DNA from: Abditibacteriaceae bacterium
Lineage (GTDB): Bacteria > Armatimonadota > Abditibacteriia > Abditibacteriales > Abditibacteriaceae
Reading direction: 5' to 3'
DNA: 28,207 nt
Assembly (NCBI GenBank): GCA_031372065.1
Contig: JANMKN010000276.1
Coordinates: 1 to 28,207 of the forward strand
Of this stretch, positions 1 through 9,215 are shown in pieces. A program made the position numbers and the translations under genes. Numbering within the stretch: the first letter of the stretch is position 1; every line of letters starts with the position of its first letter. The notes under the pieces are model-generated. The model was not told where the DNA came from. It saw only the letters and a list, made by a program, of their open reading frames with translations, and searched no databases.

Positions 1-43
1 CGTTTTAAAACCGATAACGAGACTCGTTATCGGTTTTAAAACG
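1..43. repeat. Perfect inverted repeat, 21-bp arms with a 1-nt centre
   Basis: cgttttaaaaccgataacgag (1-21), a (22), ctcgttatcggttttaaaacg (23-43); the arms are exact reverse complements. The left arm reaches the window edge. Confidence 0.95.
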
Positions 44-44
44 A

Positions 45-96
45 CTTTTGAGCCTAAAAACCGCCTTTTGTGCCTAAAACGCGCCTTTTTCGGCCT
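45..96. repeat. Short degenerate 20-bp tandem repeat with phased T/A tracts
   Basis: cttttgagcctaaaaaccgc / cttttgtgcctaaaacgcgc / ctttttcggcct starting at 45, 65 and 85. Confidence 0.6.
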
Positions 97-135
97 CCGC
101 ACACGCATTTGGGTCAAAATCGGCAAACTGCGCTA

Positions 136-163
136 CTAACAACACGGTGTTCCACACCATGTT
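136..163 (-). terminator. Possible intrinsic terminator after the NACHT-LRR gene
   Basis: On the minus strand directly after TAA: aacatggtgt-gga-acaccgtgtt (10-bp stem with one G-U pair), followed by only a weak U-tract. Confidence 0.35.
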
Positions 164-2455
164 TTACACCCAATGAATCTTGTCTTGCAACAACTCCACC
201 CCGCTCACTTTGCCTTTCCTGTTTTCGCTCATGGAGAGGACTTGAAGATTGGGCAATGCAACCAACGCCGACACATCGCTCACGGGCGTGCCACTCAAGT
301 TGAGGACTTGCAGATTGATCAGCGCCGCCAATGCCGACACATCACTCACAGGCGTGCCAACCAAGCGAAGGCTTTTCAGATGTGTTAGCGCCGCCAACAC
401 CGACACATCACTCATGGATGTGCCGCTCAAGTCGAGGAATTGCAGATTAATCAGCGCCGCCAACGCCGACACATCACTCAGTCCTACGCAGCCACAAAGC
501 CACATATGTCTAAGTGATGCGGCTGAGGCGACTTCGACCAATTGTTGCACAACTTGCGACAAACAGGCAATTGGCGTCAGCAGGGCGCGGGCGACTAAAT
601 TTTCCCTAACCGAATGATCCCCTGTCGTCTGTTGCTGCCGATCTATTTCCCATTGCCAGCAGACCCGCCACAAAATGGGGCGCAAATCGGCGCTTAGACC
701 GCTGTGTGGATCAACGGAAATTAGCGATAGTAAAGTCACCATCTGAGTTTGGTCATCCTTGGGACTATAATAAGGCACATTACCCCACATAAACTTTTGC
801 TTCAGTGGTTGCGGATTATTCGCCTCGAAATCATTTTCAAAGAGCAGACGCAGCAAGTCGTCCGGCCATTCGCCTTCATCGGACAGGCTCTCGAACAGCA
901 GCAGAAAGGTTTCCTGCCAGACCGGAGAGTTAGCATAGTCGCGCAAACGTGGCAAAGAGGTTTCCGAGGTGTCGGTTTGCTGGAAGTCGTTGTTTTTTAG
1001 CCACACCCGCGACATGATTGTCTCTTTGATGAAGAGGCCCGCGTAGTATTCTTGAAAGGTCAGATGCAAAAAGGCGAATTGATTCTCGCCGCGCGGCAAG
1101 AGCAGCCCGCTGCGTCGCCCGATGTAATCTAAGAGCGCCGCCGCCGTCTTCTCCGCTTCGTTGCCCACCTTCGGGCGCATCGCCTCGGCCAACCACTTTA
1201 TCACCTTGTCGCCCGGCACCAAGATTTCACCCGGTATTTCAAGACGCGCTGTGATGAATCCTCTCTCCCACTCTTTATTAAGTTTCTGCGTTTCATGACG
1301 GCGCAACTGCATTTGAAAAGCCACTGCCGCCAGCCAACGCTCTTTGTCGGACAGGGTGAAGTTGACCGACATCGGCAACTTGCGAAACGAATCAATGGAA
1401 TTGAGATAGGCTTCGGAGATTTTGCGGTAAAGCACCGCGCGACCATGCGGCAACTCGGCTTCGATGCGATAAATCAGCGCCATCAGCGTCAGCAGATTCG
1501 GAATGCGCGCCAAGCGTCGCGTGTCCGGCGCATCCTTGACCGCCTTCAAAAACTCTACGGCATCTGTTTTTGCTAAATGCGGGTTGCTGTCGTGCTGCGA
1601 ATACCAATTGCTCGCAAACTGTTCCACTTGCGAGTCATTGAAGGGCGCAGCATAGCGAAGTAGAGCAGTTCCTTGAACAAACCCCGCACTACCGCCACTG
1701 CCGGAATTTGGACTGAAATCAACTTGTAATTGATTAAAGTTGACCTCGTCGTATCCCACCACCCGCGAAGTCAACAGCCATTGGGCGAGAGGATAACGAC
1801 GAAAACCATCATACACAGCCTTTCGCAAGGCTTGGCGCACTTCGATGCTGGCGATTTCATCAATGCCGTCCAACATGACGAAGGCTTGACCACTTTGCAA
1901 GAGCGTTTCGAGCGTCTGCGGATTCTCTTTCAAACTCTGCGCGACGGGCCGCGCCAAGAACTTTTCGAGCAGCGAATCCCACGTTATCGAGGCATCAATG
2001 CCCAACTCGCGCAGAATCAGCGGCAACGGCACCAACGGGCCAAGCGCGCTCGTCACCGGCGTTTCCAAAGGAAACGTCAAACACTCCGCGAGCCAGTTGA
2101 CCAGCGTAGATTTCCCAGAGCCGGGGTCGCCGAGCAGCACAAGGCGCTGATGCTCTTTCAAAGCCTCCAACGCCGCCACCGTTTCCGGCAACCTACCCGT
2201 GTTATCGAAACTCTCCGGCGTCAGATGCTGCGCCGCAAAGCGCGGCTCAACATACAAATTGCGCAGCGGCACATCGCGGCTCGTCTCAATCAGCGCCGGA
2301 AGCCCCAGAAACTTGATGTAACCATGCCAATCATGCACATCGAGAAAATAACGCCGCAGCACTTTATCGCTCTGCGGGTCAAGAAACGCGCCTCTGTCGG
2401 GCTTCTGTGGCGCGGGAATAGATTCAATGGTGGGCGACTTCTTCGGTGCTGGCAC
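164..2455 (-). CDS. NACHT (STAND) NTPase with C-terminal leucine-rich repeats, NLR-like
   Basis: Walker A GDPGSGKST, Walker B FVMLDGIDE, LLTSR sensor, PNLLTLMA, winged-helix motif FLHLTFQEY. C-terminal 22-aa LRRs (LxxLxLSGTxVSDVSALAALxN). GTG start with GGAGG 8 nt upstream. Confidence 0.9.
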   Translation of the reverse strand: MPAPKKSPTIESIPAPQKPDRGAFLDPQSDKVLRRYFLDVHDWHGYIKFLGLPALIETSRDVPLRNLYVEPRFAAQHLTPESFDNTGRLPETVAALEALKEHQRLVLLGDPGSGKSTLVNWLAECLTFPLETPVTSALGPLVPLPLILRELGIDASITWDSLLEKFLARPVAQSLKENPQTLETLLQSGQAFVMLDGIDEIASIEVRQALRKAVYDGFRRYPLAQWLLTSRVVGYDEVNFNQLQVDFSPNSGSGGSAGFVQGTALLRYAAPFNDSQVEQFASNWYSQHDSNPHLAKTDAVEFLKAVKDAPDTRRLARIPNLLTLMALIYRIEAELPHGRAVLYRKISEAYLNSIDSFRKLPMSVNFTLSDKERWLAAVAFQMQLRRHETQKLNKEWERGFITARLEIPGEILVPGDKVIKWLAEAMRPKVGNEAEKTAAALLDYIGRRSGLLLPRGENQFAFLHLTFQEYYAGLFIKETIMSRVWLKNNDFQQTDTSETSLPRLRDYANSPVWQETFLLLFESLSDEGEWPDDLLRLLFENDFEANNPQPLKQKFMWGNVPYYSPKDDQTQMVTLLSLISVDPHSGLSADLRPILWRVCWQWEIDRQQQTTGDHSVRENLVARALLTPIACLSQVVQQLVEVASAASLRHMWLCGCVGLSDVSALAALINLQFLDLSGTSMSDVSVLAALTHLKSLRLVGTPVSDVSALAALINLQVLNLSGTPVSDVSALVALPNLQVLSMSENRKGKVSGVELLQDKIHWV
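235..500 (-). repeat. 66-bp coding tandem repeat, about 4 LRR units
   Basis: The motif aa(c/t)(g/a)ccgacacatc(g/a)ctca recurs at 264, 330, 396 and 462, an exact 66-nt period. Confidence 0.9.
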
Positions 2456-2458
2456 GAC

Positions 2459-3940
2459 TTAAACCTCCAAATACAAACGCACTTCGTCCGGCCCAATCTT
2501 GAAACGATTGGCGGCAATTAATCCCTGACAGTGCAACACGTTGCCGTAGGCCGGGTCAGCGTGCAGCGACAAACGCGTAGCACCTCCGGGAGTGGAGGCT
2601 TTTTCGTCGGGTCTTGAGGTAAGTTCCAGCGCATCAAGTGCGGCGTGAATTTTCAATTCATCCGCAGTCGGCTTGTTGCCCTCCGCGTCTTTGCTCTCCG
2701 CCGTTTTTTCATTGGAGGTAGCGCGGCGCACAATGAATTCGTAGAAGTCGGGATTACTTGCCAACAAACGATAAACCTTGGGATGGAATTGATAAAAGCT
2801 CGCCACGATGCACGCCACAGCAGCCTCGTTCGCTGGAATCACAGAGTTGGGCGGCACCGTTTTCAATCGGCGCAACAATAGTCTCGCCGCCGTGTTGCAA
2901 AAGCTCTTGATACGACGCGGATTGGCGGGCAAACATGACGCGCGACCGATGACACTCACAAGTTCGTCGCACACATCTTTGGCGCGTGGCTCTTCGGCCA
3001 CTTTAGCCAGAAAATGCTGAACGATTTTCGATTGCGCCTCACAGTCGGGCAAGGGCAGATGCAGGACATGACCGCACAGCTTTTCCATGTATTCCTGCGC
3101 GCGAATCTGCAATTCCTCGCTGTCGCTTTCTTTTTTATATGAAGGAATAAACTTGGCAATCGCCCGTTCAATTTCGCGCTGATTAAGGCCCAGCACAAAC
3201 ACGCAGCGCGAAAGATTCAGATAAATCTTGATGCCTTCCAACAAACGAAACGCCGTCTCCGGCTCGCAGCGGTCAAGGTCGTCAATGAAGATGACAAGGC
3301 GGCGTTTTTCATCCGATGCTTCTTTGCCTGTTGGCGGCAACAGTTGACCTAAAACTTCATCCAACAACGCCCGAACTTGATTGGCAGGCAAAGCTACCGC
3401 GAGATGTTCCTTTTCCCATGTTTCGCCCGCCGTCTGAATCTTCGAGGCTTGAATGCCAATCTTCTTGGTAATGTCTTCAAAAGACATCAAGGCGCCGCGA
3501 ATGGTCGTCTCGGCAATTTTGCCGCCCTGCGTTTGCATCTTGGCCCAGAAGTTCCCCTTCCAAGTCAACTGCGAGCGAATTTCATGAAGCAAAGCCACAA
3601 TCGGCGTTTGCTCGTGCTGATAGCGCCACGCCTCAAACCAAATCGCCGTGATATGTGGGTTCGATTGCGCAAACTTGTCCGCTTCTTTGTTTTGCCGAGT
3701 CTCTTCACGCTTGCCCAAATTCTCATTGGGCGCAACTTCGCGCTCGCCCGTGAGTTCATAGCGCAGTTGACGCAGAAAACTGGTCTTGCCCGAACCCCAA
3801 TCGCCGTGAACACCAAAGACCTGCGGCGGTTTGCCTTGCGAGATGGCGTGCTTTAGTTCTTCCAACAATTGTCGCCGACCCAGTAAATCTTGCTCATCAA
3901 TTATCGGCTCGTCATTTAGCGGGGTAAAGAAGTCGTTCAT
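2459..3940 (-). CDS. KAP-family P-loop NTPase
   Basis: N-terminal D-P...DLLGR, Walker A GDWGSGKTS, WFEAWRY, Walker B IFIDDLDRC, YMEK and NPRRIK are all typical KAP motifs. Confidence 0.9.
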   Translation of the reverse strand: MNDFFTPLNDEPIIDEQDLLGRRQLLEELKHAISQGKPPQVFGVHGDWGSGKTSFLRQLRYELTGEREVAPNENLGKREETRQNKEADKFAQSNPHITAIWFEAWRYQHEQTPIVALLHEIRSQLTWKGNFWAKMQTQGGKIAETTIRGALMSFEDITKKIGIQASKIQTAGETWEKEHLAVALPANQVRALLDEVLGQLLPPTGKEASDEKRRLVIFIDDLDRCEPETAFRLLEGIKIYLNLSRCVFVLGLNQREIERAIAKFIPSYKKESDSEELQIRAQEYMEKLCGHVLHLPLPDCEAQSKIVQHFLAKVAEEPRAKDVCDELVSVIGRASCLPANPRRIKSFCNTAARLLLRRLKTVPPNSVIPANEAAVACIVASFYQFHPKVYRLLASNPDFYEFIVRRATSNEKTAESKDAEGNKPTADELKIHAALDALELTSRPDEKASTPGGATRLSLHADPAYGNVLHCQGLIAANRFKIGPDEVRLYLEV

Positions 3941-3990
3941 CCTCTGTCACCTTAAAAGCGGAATCCACAACGCCTAAAGTATACGCCGCT

Positions 3991-5094
3991 TTACAAATGC
4001 TTCTGCACGAAAGCCCAAGCGGATTCATCGTGGAATTCGTGTTTGCCCTCAAAGACGAAATGTTGGAAACGGTCGGGAATTTTCAGTTTGGTGTAGTAAG
4101 AAGCGGAAAGCGGCGCGAGTTTGATTCCCGGTTCGCGATGATCGTCGTCATCGGCGCTGCCGGCTTGAATTTGCAAGGCGCGCGGGCAAATGAGCGCCAC
4201 AATGTCGGAGTCGCGAAACAAAGTGAAGCGATCTTTGAATTTAAAATCGCCGGGCACCGAAAGTTCATCGCGCTCGTAGCGGCCTTCTTGCACGCCGTAG
4301 TAGCAACTGCAAACCGAAACTTTGATGCGCGTGTCAATGGCGGGCGTGACCAGCGCGTAATAACCGCCATACGACAAGCCGACCATGCCAACACGCGTGG
4401 CGTCCACTTCGGGACGCTGCAAAAGCACATCTAAACTGCGGGTGATTTTGGCGATTTCCACCGCCGTCAAGCTGGTGCCGATGAGGCGCATTCGCTCATC
4501 CGTAGTGTTGCGGATGTTACCGGGCATTCCGTCCACCGAAAAGAGATGCTGCGGCGCGAAAACGATGTATCCGCGTTTCACCCCGCCGCGCACCATGTCG
4601 TGATAGTTGGCGCCGCCGTTGAACAACGCCACTTCGGGCGAACCGCCGCCGCCATGCATCGAAATAATCAGCGGCGCCTTGCCTTTGAGTCCTTTGGGCA
4701 CGATGTAAATGCCTTCGGCGTGAACGCCGGGCAAAATCGCAATGCGCGCACGATAATAAGTGCCGAGATCGTCTTGCCCCATCTGCTCGAACGAAGGCGC
4801 TTCTTTGGGCACGCTGCCCGGCGGCGGATAGCCGATGCTTTCGCAAAACGCCTTGCGATACGGCTGCGCCGCTTTCGCAAAGGCTTTTGGCGACGAGTAA
4901 TCGTGCGGCAGCAAAGCGCGCAGCCGCGAAGTGTCGGCCTTCATCGCGTTGATGTAAGCGTCCAGTTCCTTGGCTTGCTCGACACGCAAAGGATTGGATT
5001 CGGCGACGCGCTGTTCAAATAAGGCCGGTTTTTCTTGCGCGAGCAGCGGCGCCGCGACTAACAAAGTGACAAGAGGCAGGGAAAAGAATTTCAT
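3991..5094 (-). CDS. Secreted alpha/beta hydrolase (dienelactone hydrolase/acetylxylan esterase-like)
   Basis: Signal peptide MKFFSLPLVTLLVAAPLLA, HGGGG, nucleophile elbow GLSYGG, CPRALQIQAGSADD, and C-terminal His in FEGKHEF. 4-nt overlap with the upstream gene. Confidence 0.85.
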   Translation of the reverse strand: MKFFSLPLVTLLVAAPLLAQEKPALFEQRVAESNPLRVEQAKELDAYINAMKADTSRLRALLPHDYSSPKAFAKAAQPYRKAFCESIGYPPPGSVPKEAPSFEQMGQDDLGTYYRARIAILPGVHAEGIYIVPKGLKGKAPLIISMHGGGGSPEVALFNGGANYHDMVRGGVKRGYIVFAPQHLFSVDGMPGNIRNTTDERMRLIGTSLTAVEIAKITRSLDVLLQRPEVDATRVGMVGLSYGGYYALVTPAIDTRIKVSVCSCYYGVQEGRYERDELSVPGDFKFKDRFTLFRDSDIVALICPRALQIQAGSADDDDHREPGIKLAPLSASYYTKLKIPDRFQHFVFEGKHEFHDESAWAFVQKHL

Positions 5095-6161
5095 AAAGCG
5101 GCCCGCAGTTCGCCGAGCACTTTTTCAAGAGTCGGCGCCGGAGAAAACAGGTTGCGCGTGAAGCCAAAGGCCAGCCCGGTTTCGAGATCGGCAAAGCCAA
5201 GCGAGCCGCCATAACCGCCGTGTCCGAAGGAGTTTTCGCTGCCCATGTTCGAGCCTTCACCGCCGACCAAATAGCCCAAACCAAAATGCAGCGGCGCTTC
5301 GCCGGGCGGCTCGTGCCAGACAATCGCCTCGCGGATGCGTTCGGGCGGCAGCAGTTCGACTCCCTCCACGCCGCCGGGCAACAAGGCCGCATAATGGCGC
5401 GCGATGGCCCGCGCGTTCATAATGCCATTGCTGGCCGGTTGGCAGGCGCGGCGCGCTTCCGGGCGATTCATCATTTCATGCAGCGGCCACGCAAAAGCGG
5501 GAACGGCTTGCGGCACCGTTTCATCCAGCACCGGCATTTCAAATTCGCGCGCTTCAAGCGTGGCAACGTGCGAATCCAGCACGGCGGGCAAGCCGGTGAA
5601 CAGCGTTTCGATATTCAAAGGCGCGCAGATTTCCTCTTGCACCATTTGCGAGAACGGGCGGCCATCCACGCGCTGCGCCACTTCGCCGAGGAGCCAGCCA
5701 TAGGTCATGGCATGATATTCCATGCGCGAACCCGGCGACCACGCGGGTTTGGCGGCGGCTAAGGCGGCGCAAACGGCGTCCCAATCGTGAATTTGCGGCG
5801 GCCCGATTGTCATCGGCACATGAGGCAAGCCCGCCATGTGCGTTAGGCAGTAGCGCAGCGTAATTTCACTTTTGCCGTTGGCGGCGAACTCCGGCCACAC
5901 CTGTGCGATGCGCGTGTCGTAGGCAATCTGGCCGCGCTCCACCAACAAATGAATAATCGTGGCAGCGATGCCTTTGGTCGTCGAAAACACCGGAAACAGC
6001 GTGTCGCCGCTGATTTTTGTGCGGCGCGAGGCATCCATGTCGCCGCTCCACGCATCGGCGATGAGCGCGCCCTTGTGGTAAGCCGCGACTTGCACGCCTA
6101 ATTCGTGTCCTTTGCGCACGACCTCGTCCAATAAATCTTGAATGCGATTTTGAATTGCCAT
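5091..6161 (-). CDS. Serine hydrolase of the beta-lactamase class C / family VIII esterase type
   Basis: SxxK motif FSTTK, WPEFAANGK, LTHMAGL, YHAMTYG and FGHGGYGGS. Confidence 0.9.
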   Translation of the reverse strand: MAIQNRIQDLLDEVVRKGHELGVQVAAYHKGALIADAWSGDMDASRRTKISGDTLFPVFSTTKGIAATIIHLLVERGQIAYDTRIAQVWPEFAANGKSEITLRYCLTHMAGLPHVPMTIGPPQIHDWDAVCAALAAAKPAWSPGSRMEYHAMTYGWLLGEVAQRVDGRPFSQMVQEEICAPLNIETLFTGLPAVLDSHVATLEAREFEMPVLDETVPQAVPAFAWPLHEMMNRPEARRACQPASNGIMNARAIARHYAALLPGGVEGVELLPPERIREAIVWHEPPGEAPLHFGLGYLVGGEGSNMGSENSFGHGGYGGSLGFADLETGLAFGFTRNLFSPAPTLEKVLGELRAAL

Positions 6162-6349
6162 AAAAACCCCTTACTTAAACGCGGCGCCACGAGTGTTACA
6201 CAACACCCACGCTTTCTACACGGCTTCGCCGCACAACCGCCATCGCAGATCGAATCTTTCTCAATCCCGACGGCAAGTAAGTCGCTCACAACCAAAGGCG
6301 CGGCGAAGTTTTCAAACTCTCCGCGCCTTTGGCGCTTCAAGGAACTTTC

Positions 6350-8776
6350 ATGCGAATCAAATTGCTTTTGCCCGCCGTTTTGCTGCTGTCCGCCTTTGCT
6401 CGCGCCGACGAGGCGCCGAACGCCACGATTGGCGCGTTTATCACGCCGGTGGATGCGACGGCGTCGAGTTCGCAAGACGGCGCCGGACGCACGCCGCGCA
6501 AAACCATTGACGGTTCCGGCTGGGACGAAAGCAAGCCCGGCAGCGGCGTTTGGGTGCATACCGCCAACATTTGGGACGGCAACAATATGTGGAATGGTGA
6601 CGCGAATTCGTGGCTGCAATTCGATTTGGGCAAGCCTTTCAACGTCGCCGGATTTTATGCGTGGAACTACAACGAAGGCGGCTGGAGCAATCGCAGCATC
6701 AAAGACGTAGCGGTTTCGGCGTCCGGCGACGGCCAGACTTTCGCGCCGGTCGGCGATTTCACGCTGGAACAGGCGCCCGGCAAGGACGATTACAAAGGCC
6801 AAGCGGTTAAGTTTGAAAAGCCGGTCGCAGCGCGCTATTTCAAGCTGCAAATCAAGTCGAATTATCGCGGCGGCGAAATGAGCGGATTGGCCGAAATTCG
6901 CTTCGCCAACGCCGACGAAAAGGCGCCTGCGCCGCAAAAAATCGTGTGGACGCCGAAATATCCGCGTCCGACGCATCCCAAACTCGCGCCCGGCGCGCTT
7001 TTCCCCGACGGCGCGGGCGTTATTGATGTGACAAAAGCGCCCTATTTCGCCAAAGGCGACGGCATTTCCGACGATACGGCTGCGATTCAACGCGCTTTCA
7101 CCGATTACGGCTCCAAGAACGCCATTATTTATCTGCCGAACGGCATTTATCTGGTTTCGGACACGATTCGCTGGGGTAAAGACGAGCGCAACACGGTTTT
7201 ATGGGGCCAAAGCCGGGGCGGCGCGGTGATTAAGCTCAAAGATAACTGCGTCGGCTACGACAATGCGCGCAAGCCGCGCGGCGTGATTTGGACGGGCAAC
7301 GCGCCCGCGCAGCGCTTTTCCAACGAGATTCATAATCTGACGGTTGATACCGGCGTCGGCAATCCGGGCGCGTGCGGCGTGCAGTTCATCGCCAGCAATC
7401 AGGGCGGCGTTTACGACGTGACGATAGTTTCCGGCGACGGTCAGGGCGTGAACGGCCTCGACATGGGCTACACCGACGAGCAAGGCCCGTGCTTCATCAA
7501 AAACGTGAAAGTCGTCGGCTTCGACAACGGCGTGAAGACCGCCACGACCGTCAACGGCGAAACGCTGGAACACATTTCAGTCGAGCATCAAAACAAAGCC
7601 GGCTTTCGCAACGACGGCCAGCCTTTCACAGGGCGCGATTTAAAAAGCCTCAACGACGTGCCCGCCTTTTTAGCCAACGGCGGACTGAACGTCTTGATTG
7701 ACTGCGAATTTAAAGGCTTAGGCGCCGCCGCGACGCAGCCCGCGATTCTGCTCGAAGGCACGATGCTGGCGCGCAACATCAAAACGAGCGGCTACAAACA
7801 AGCAATCGAAAACAAAACCGGCGGGGCACCCTCTGGGTCGAAAAAAGGCGTGGACGGCGCGAACGTGGACTTCTTCGTCAATAAGGCGCCCTCAAACCTG
7901 TTCGGCGGCGCTGTTAAACCGCTCAATCTGCCGATTAAAGAAACGCCGATTGTGCCGTGGGACGCCATCGGAGACTGGGCGGGCGCACAGCAATTCGGCG
8001 CCAAAGAAGGCGACGGACAGGACGACAGCGCCGCGATTCAGAAAGCGATTGACTCCGGCGCCACGACGGTTTATCTGCCGCGCGGCAACTACAATATCGG
8101 CGACACGATTGTCATTCGCGGCAACGTGCGCCGTCTCATCGGCTGCCGCGCGTGGCTCGACATGACGGATGAACTTCGCAAAGCCGGCAAGCCCGCCTTT
8201 CGCTTCGAGGACGGCGGCGCGCCGGTCGTCATCGTCGAAGGCATGAGCACCGATTTTTCGGGCGGCCCGCACTGTTTTATCGAAAATAACGCCAAGCGAA
8301 CGCTTGTTTTGCACCGCTTGGCGATCAACTATCAAGGCGGCGACGCTTATCGCGGACATGGCAGCGGCGAAGTTTTCATTGAAGACGTGGTCGGTCATAA
8401 CTTCCGTTTCAAAAGCGAAAAGCTGTGGGCGCGACAATTCAACGTCGAAGGCGGCGGCGTGCATATTTCCAACGATGGCGGCACGCAATGGATTCTCGGT
8501 TACAAAACCGAAGGCGGCGGCACGCTGCACCAAACCACGAACGGCGGCACGACCGAGCTTTTGGGCGGAATGGCCTACTCGTCCGGCCAAAACCTGAAGA
8601 CGCCGATGTTCATCGTCGAAAACTCCCGCGCGACGTTCAGCTTTTGCGAAATTGATTTCGGCGGCGGCCACTTCCACACCATTCTGCGCGAAACCAAAGA
8701 CAACGAAACGCGCGAACTCAAAGACACCGACCCGCGTTGGAGCGGCAACGCCGCGCTGATTGCGGCGGAACAGTAA
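6350..8776 (+). CDS. Secreted glycan-active enzyme: F5/8 (discoidin/CBM32-like) domain plus two pectate_lyase_3-type beta-helix domains (GH55-like layout)
   Basis: ATG at 6350 gives signal peptide MRIKLLLPAVLLLSAFARA. Discoidin motifs WLQFDLG, ARYFKL, GLAEIRF. Twin motifs AKGDGISDDTAAIQRA..IYLPNGIY and AKEGDGQDDSAAIQKA..VYLPRGNY. Confidence 0.8.
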   Translation: MRIKLLLPAVLLLSAFARADEAPNATIGAFITPVDATASSSQDGAGRTPRKTIDGSGWDESKPGSGVWVHTANIWDGNNMWNGDANSWLQFDLGKPFNVAGFYAWNYNEGGWSNRSIKDVAVSASGDGQTFAPVGDFTLEQAPGKDDYKGQAVKFEKPVAARYFKLQIKSNYRGGEMSGLAEIRFANADEKAPAPQKIVWTPKYPRPTHPKLAPGALFPDGAGVIDVTKAPYFAKGDGISDDTAAIQRAFTDYGSKNAIIYLPNGIYLVSDTIRWGKDERNTVLWGQSRGGAVIKLKDNCVGYDNARKPRGVIWTGNAPAQRFSNEIHNLTVDTGVGNPGACGVQFIASNQGGVYDVTIVSGDGQGVNGLDMGYTDEQGPCFIKNVKVVGFDNGVKTATTVNGETLEHISVEHQNKAGFRNDGQPFTGRDLKSLNDVPAFLANGGLNVLIDCEFKGLGAAATQPAILLEGTMLARNIKTSGYKQAIENKTGGAPSGSKKGVDGANVDFFVNKAPSNLFGGAVKPLNLPIKETPIVPWDAIGDWAGAQQFGAKEGDGQDDSAAIQKAIDSGATTVYLPRGNYNIGDTIVIRGNVRRLIGCRAWLDMTDELRKAGKPAFRFEDGGAPVVIVEGMSTDFSGGPHCFIENNAKRTLVLHRLAINYQGGDAYRGHGSGEVFIEDVVGHNFRFKSEKLWARQFNVEGGGVHISNDGGTQWILGYKTEGGGTLHQTTNGGTTELLGGMAYSSGQNLKTPMFIVENSRATFSFCEIDFGGGHFHTILRETKDNETRELKDTDPRWSGNAALIAAEQ
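8711..8776 (+). repeat. Direct repeat copy 1 (last 22 codons of the beta-helix gene, including the stop)
   Basis: Matches 9742-9805 at 58 of 66 positions by manual alignment. Confidence 0.9.
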
Positions 8777-8790
8777 AAGCGTAACTTTTT

Positions 8791-9147
8791 ATGAGTGCTG
8801 GATTTAAGTTCGACAACGACGTTCATTGGGGATCAAATGGCGCCATCGAAGTCTGTGTAGAAGCTCTTTATGAGCAGGCATCCGTGCATCTCGACGCCGA
8901 TGACGCCATCACGCAATTTTTGCGCGAGCAAAACGAAATTTTGCAAACCGGTATAATGGGCTGGATCGTTTTTCTCGATGACATCCTCACGGATTTCGAT
9001 TCCCGCCACCGTTTTCTCCAACTCTGGGATGCTGCCGCAACGCAAATCAAGGGCAGCGACAATCTCACCGAACATGGGTTTGAATGGCTCGAATACACAA
9101 CAGAAAACTTGAAAGCAGCTATGTTAGACGTTGATAATCCCTCGTAA
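8791..9147 (+). CDS. Hypothetical acidic protein, 118 aa
   Basis: ATG-started ORF filling the gap, with protein-like composition and visibly lower GC than its flanks. No family recognised. Confidence 0.65.
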   Translation: MSAGFKFDNDVHWGSNGAIEVCVEALYEQASVHLDADDAITQFLREQNEILQTGIMGWIVFLDDILTDFDSRHRFLQLWDAAATQIKGSDNLTEHGFEWLEYTTENLKAAMLDVDNPS

Positions 9148-9215
9148 AACTTAGAGCGAATTTCTTTGGTCGGCAACGCAGCGAGGCGCGGCTTTGGCCT
9201 ACACTAAAACTCACC

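Noticed and set aside
1730..2521. 263-aa plus-strand ORF and other long antisense ORFs (e.g. 6098-7090, 7892-8677, 22411-23124)
   Set aside because: Shadow frames of well-supported GC-rich genes, with no motifs of their own.
5091..6161. Antibiotic-resistance beta-lactamase (ampC)
   Set aside because: No signal peptide, and YHA/HGG motifs fit cytoplasmic family VIII esterases rather than AmpC (YxN/KTG).
6276..6290. LacI-type operator (agtaagtcgctcaca) in the divergent intergenic region
   Set aside because: Only one half-site matches well, and no LacI regulator is in the window.
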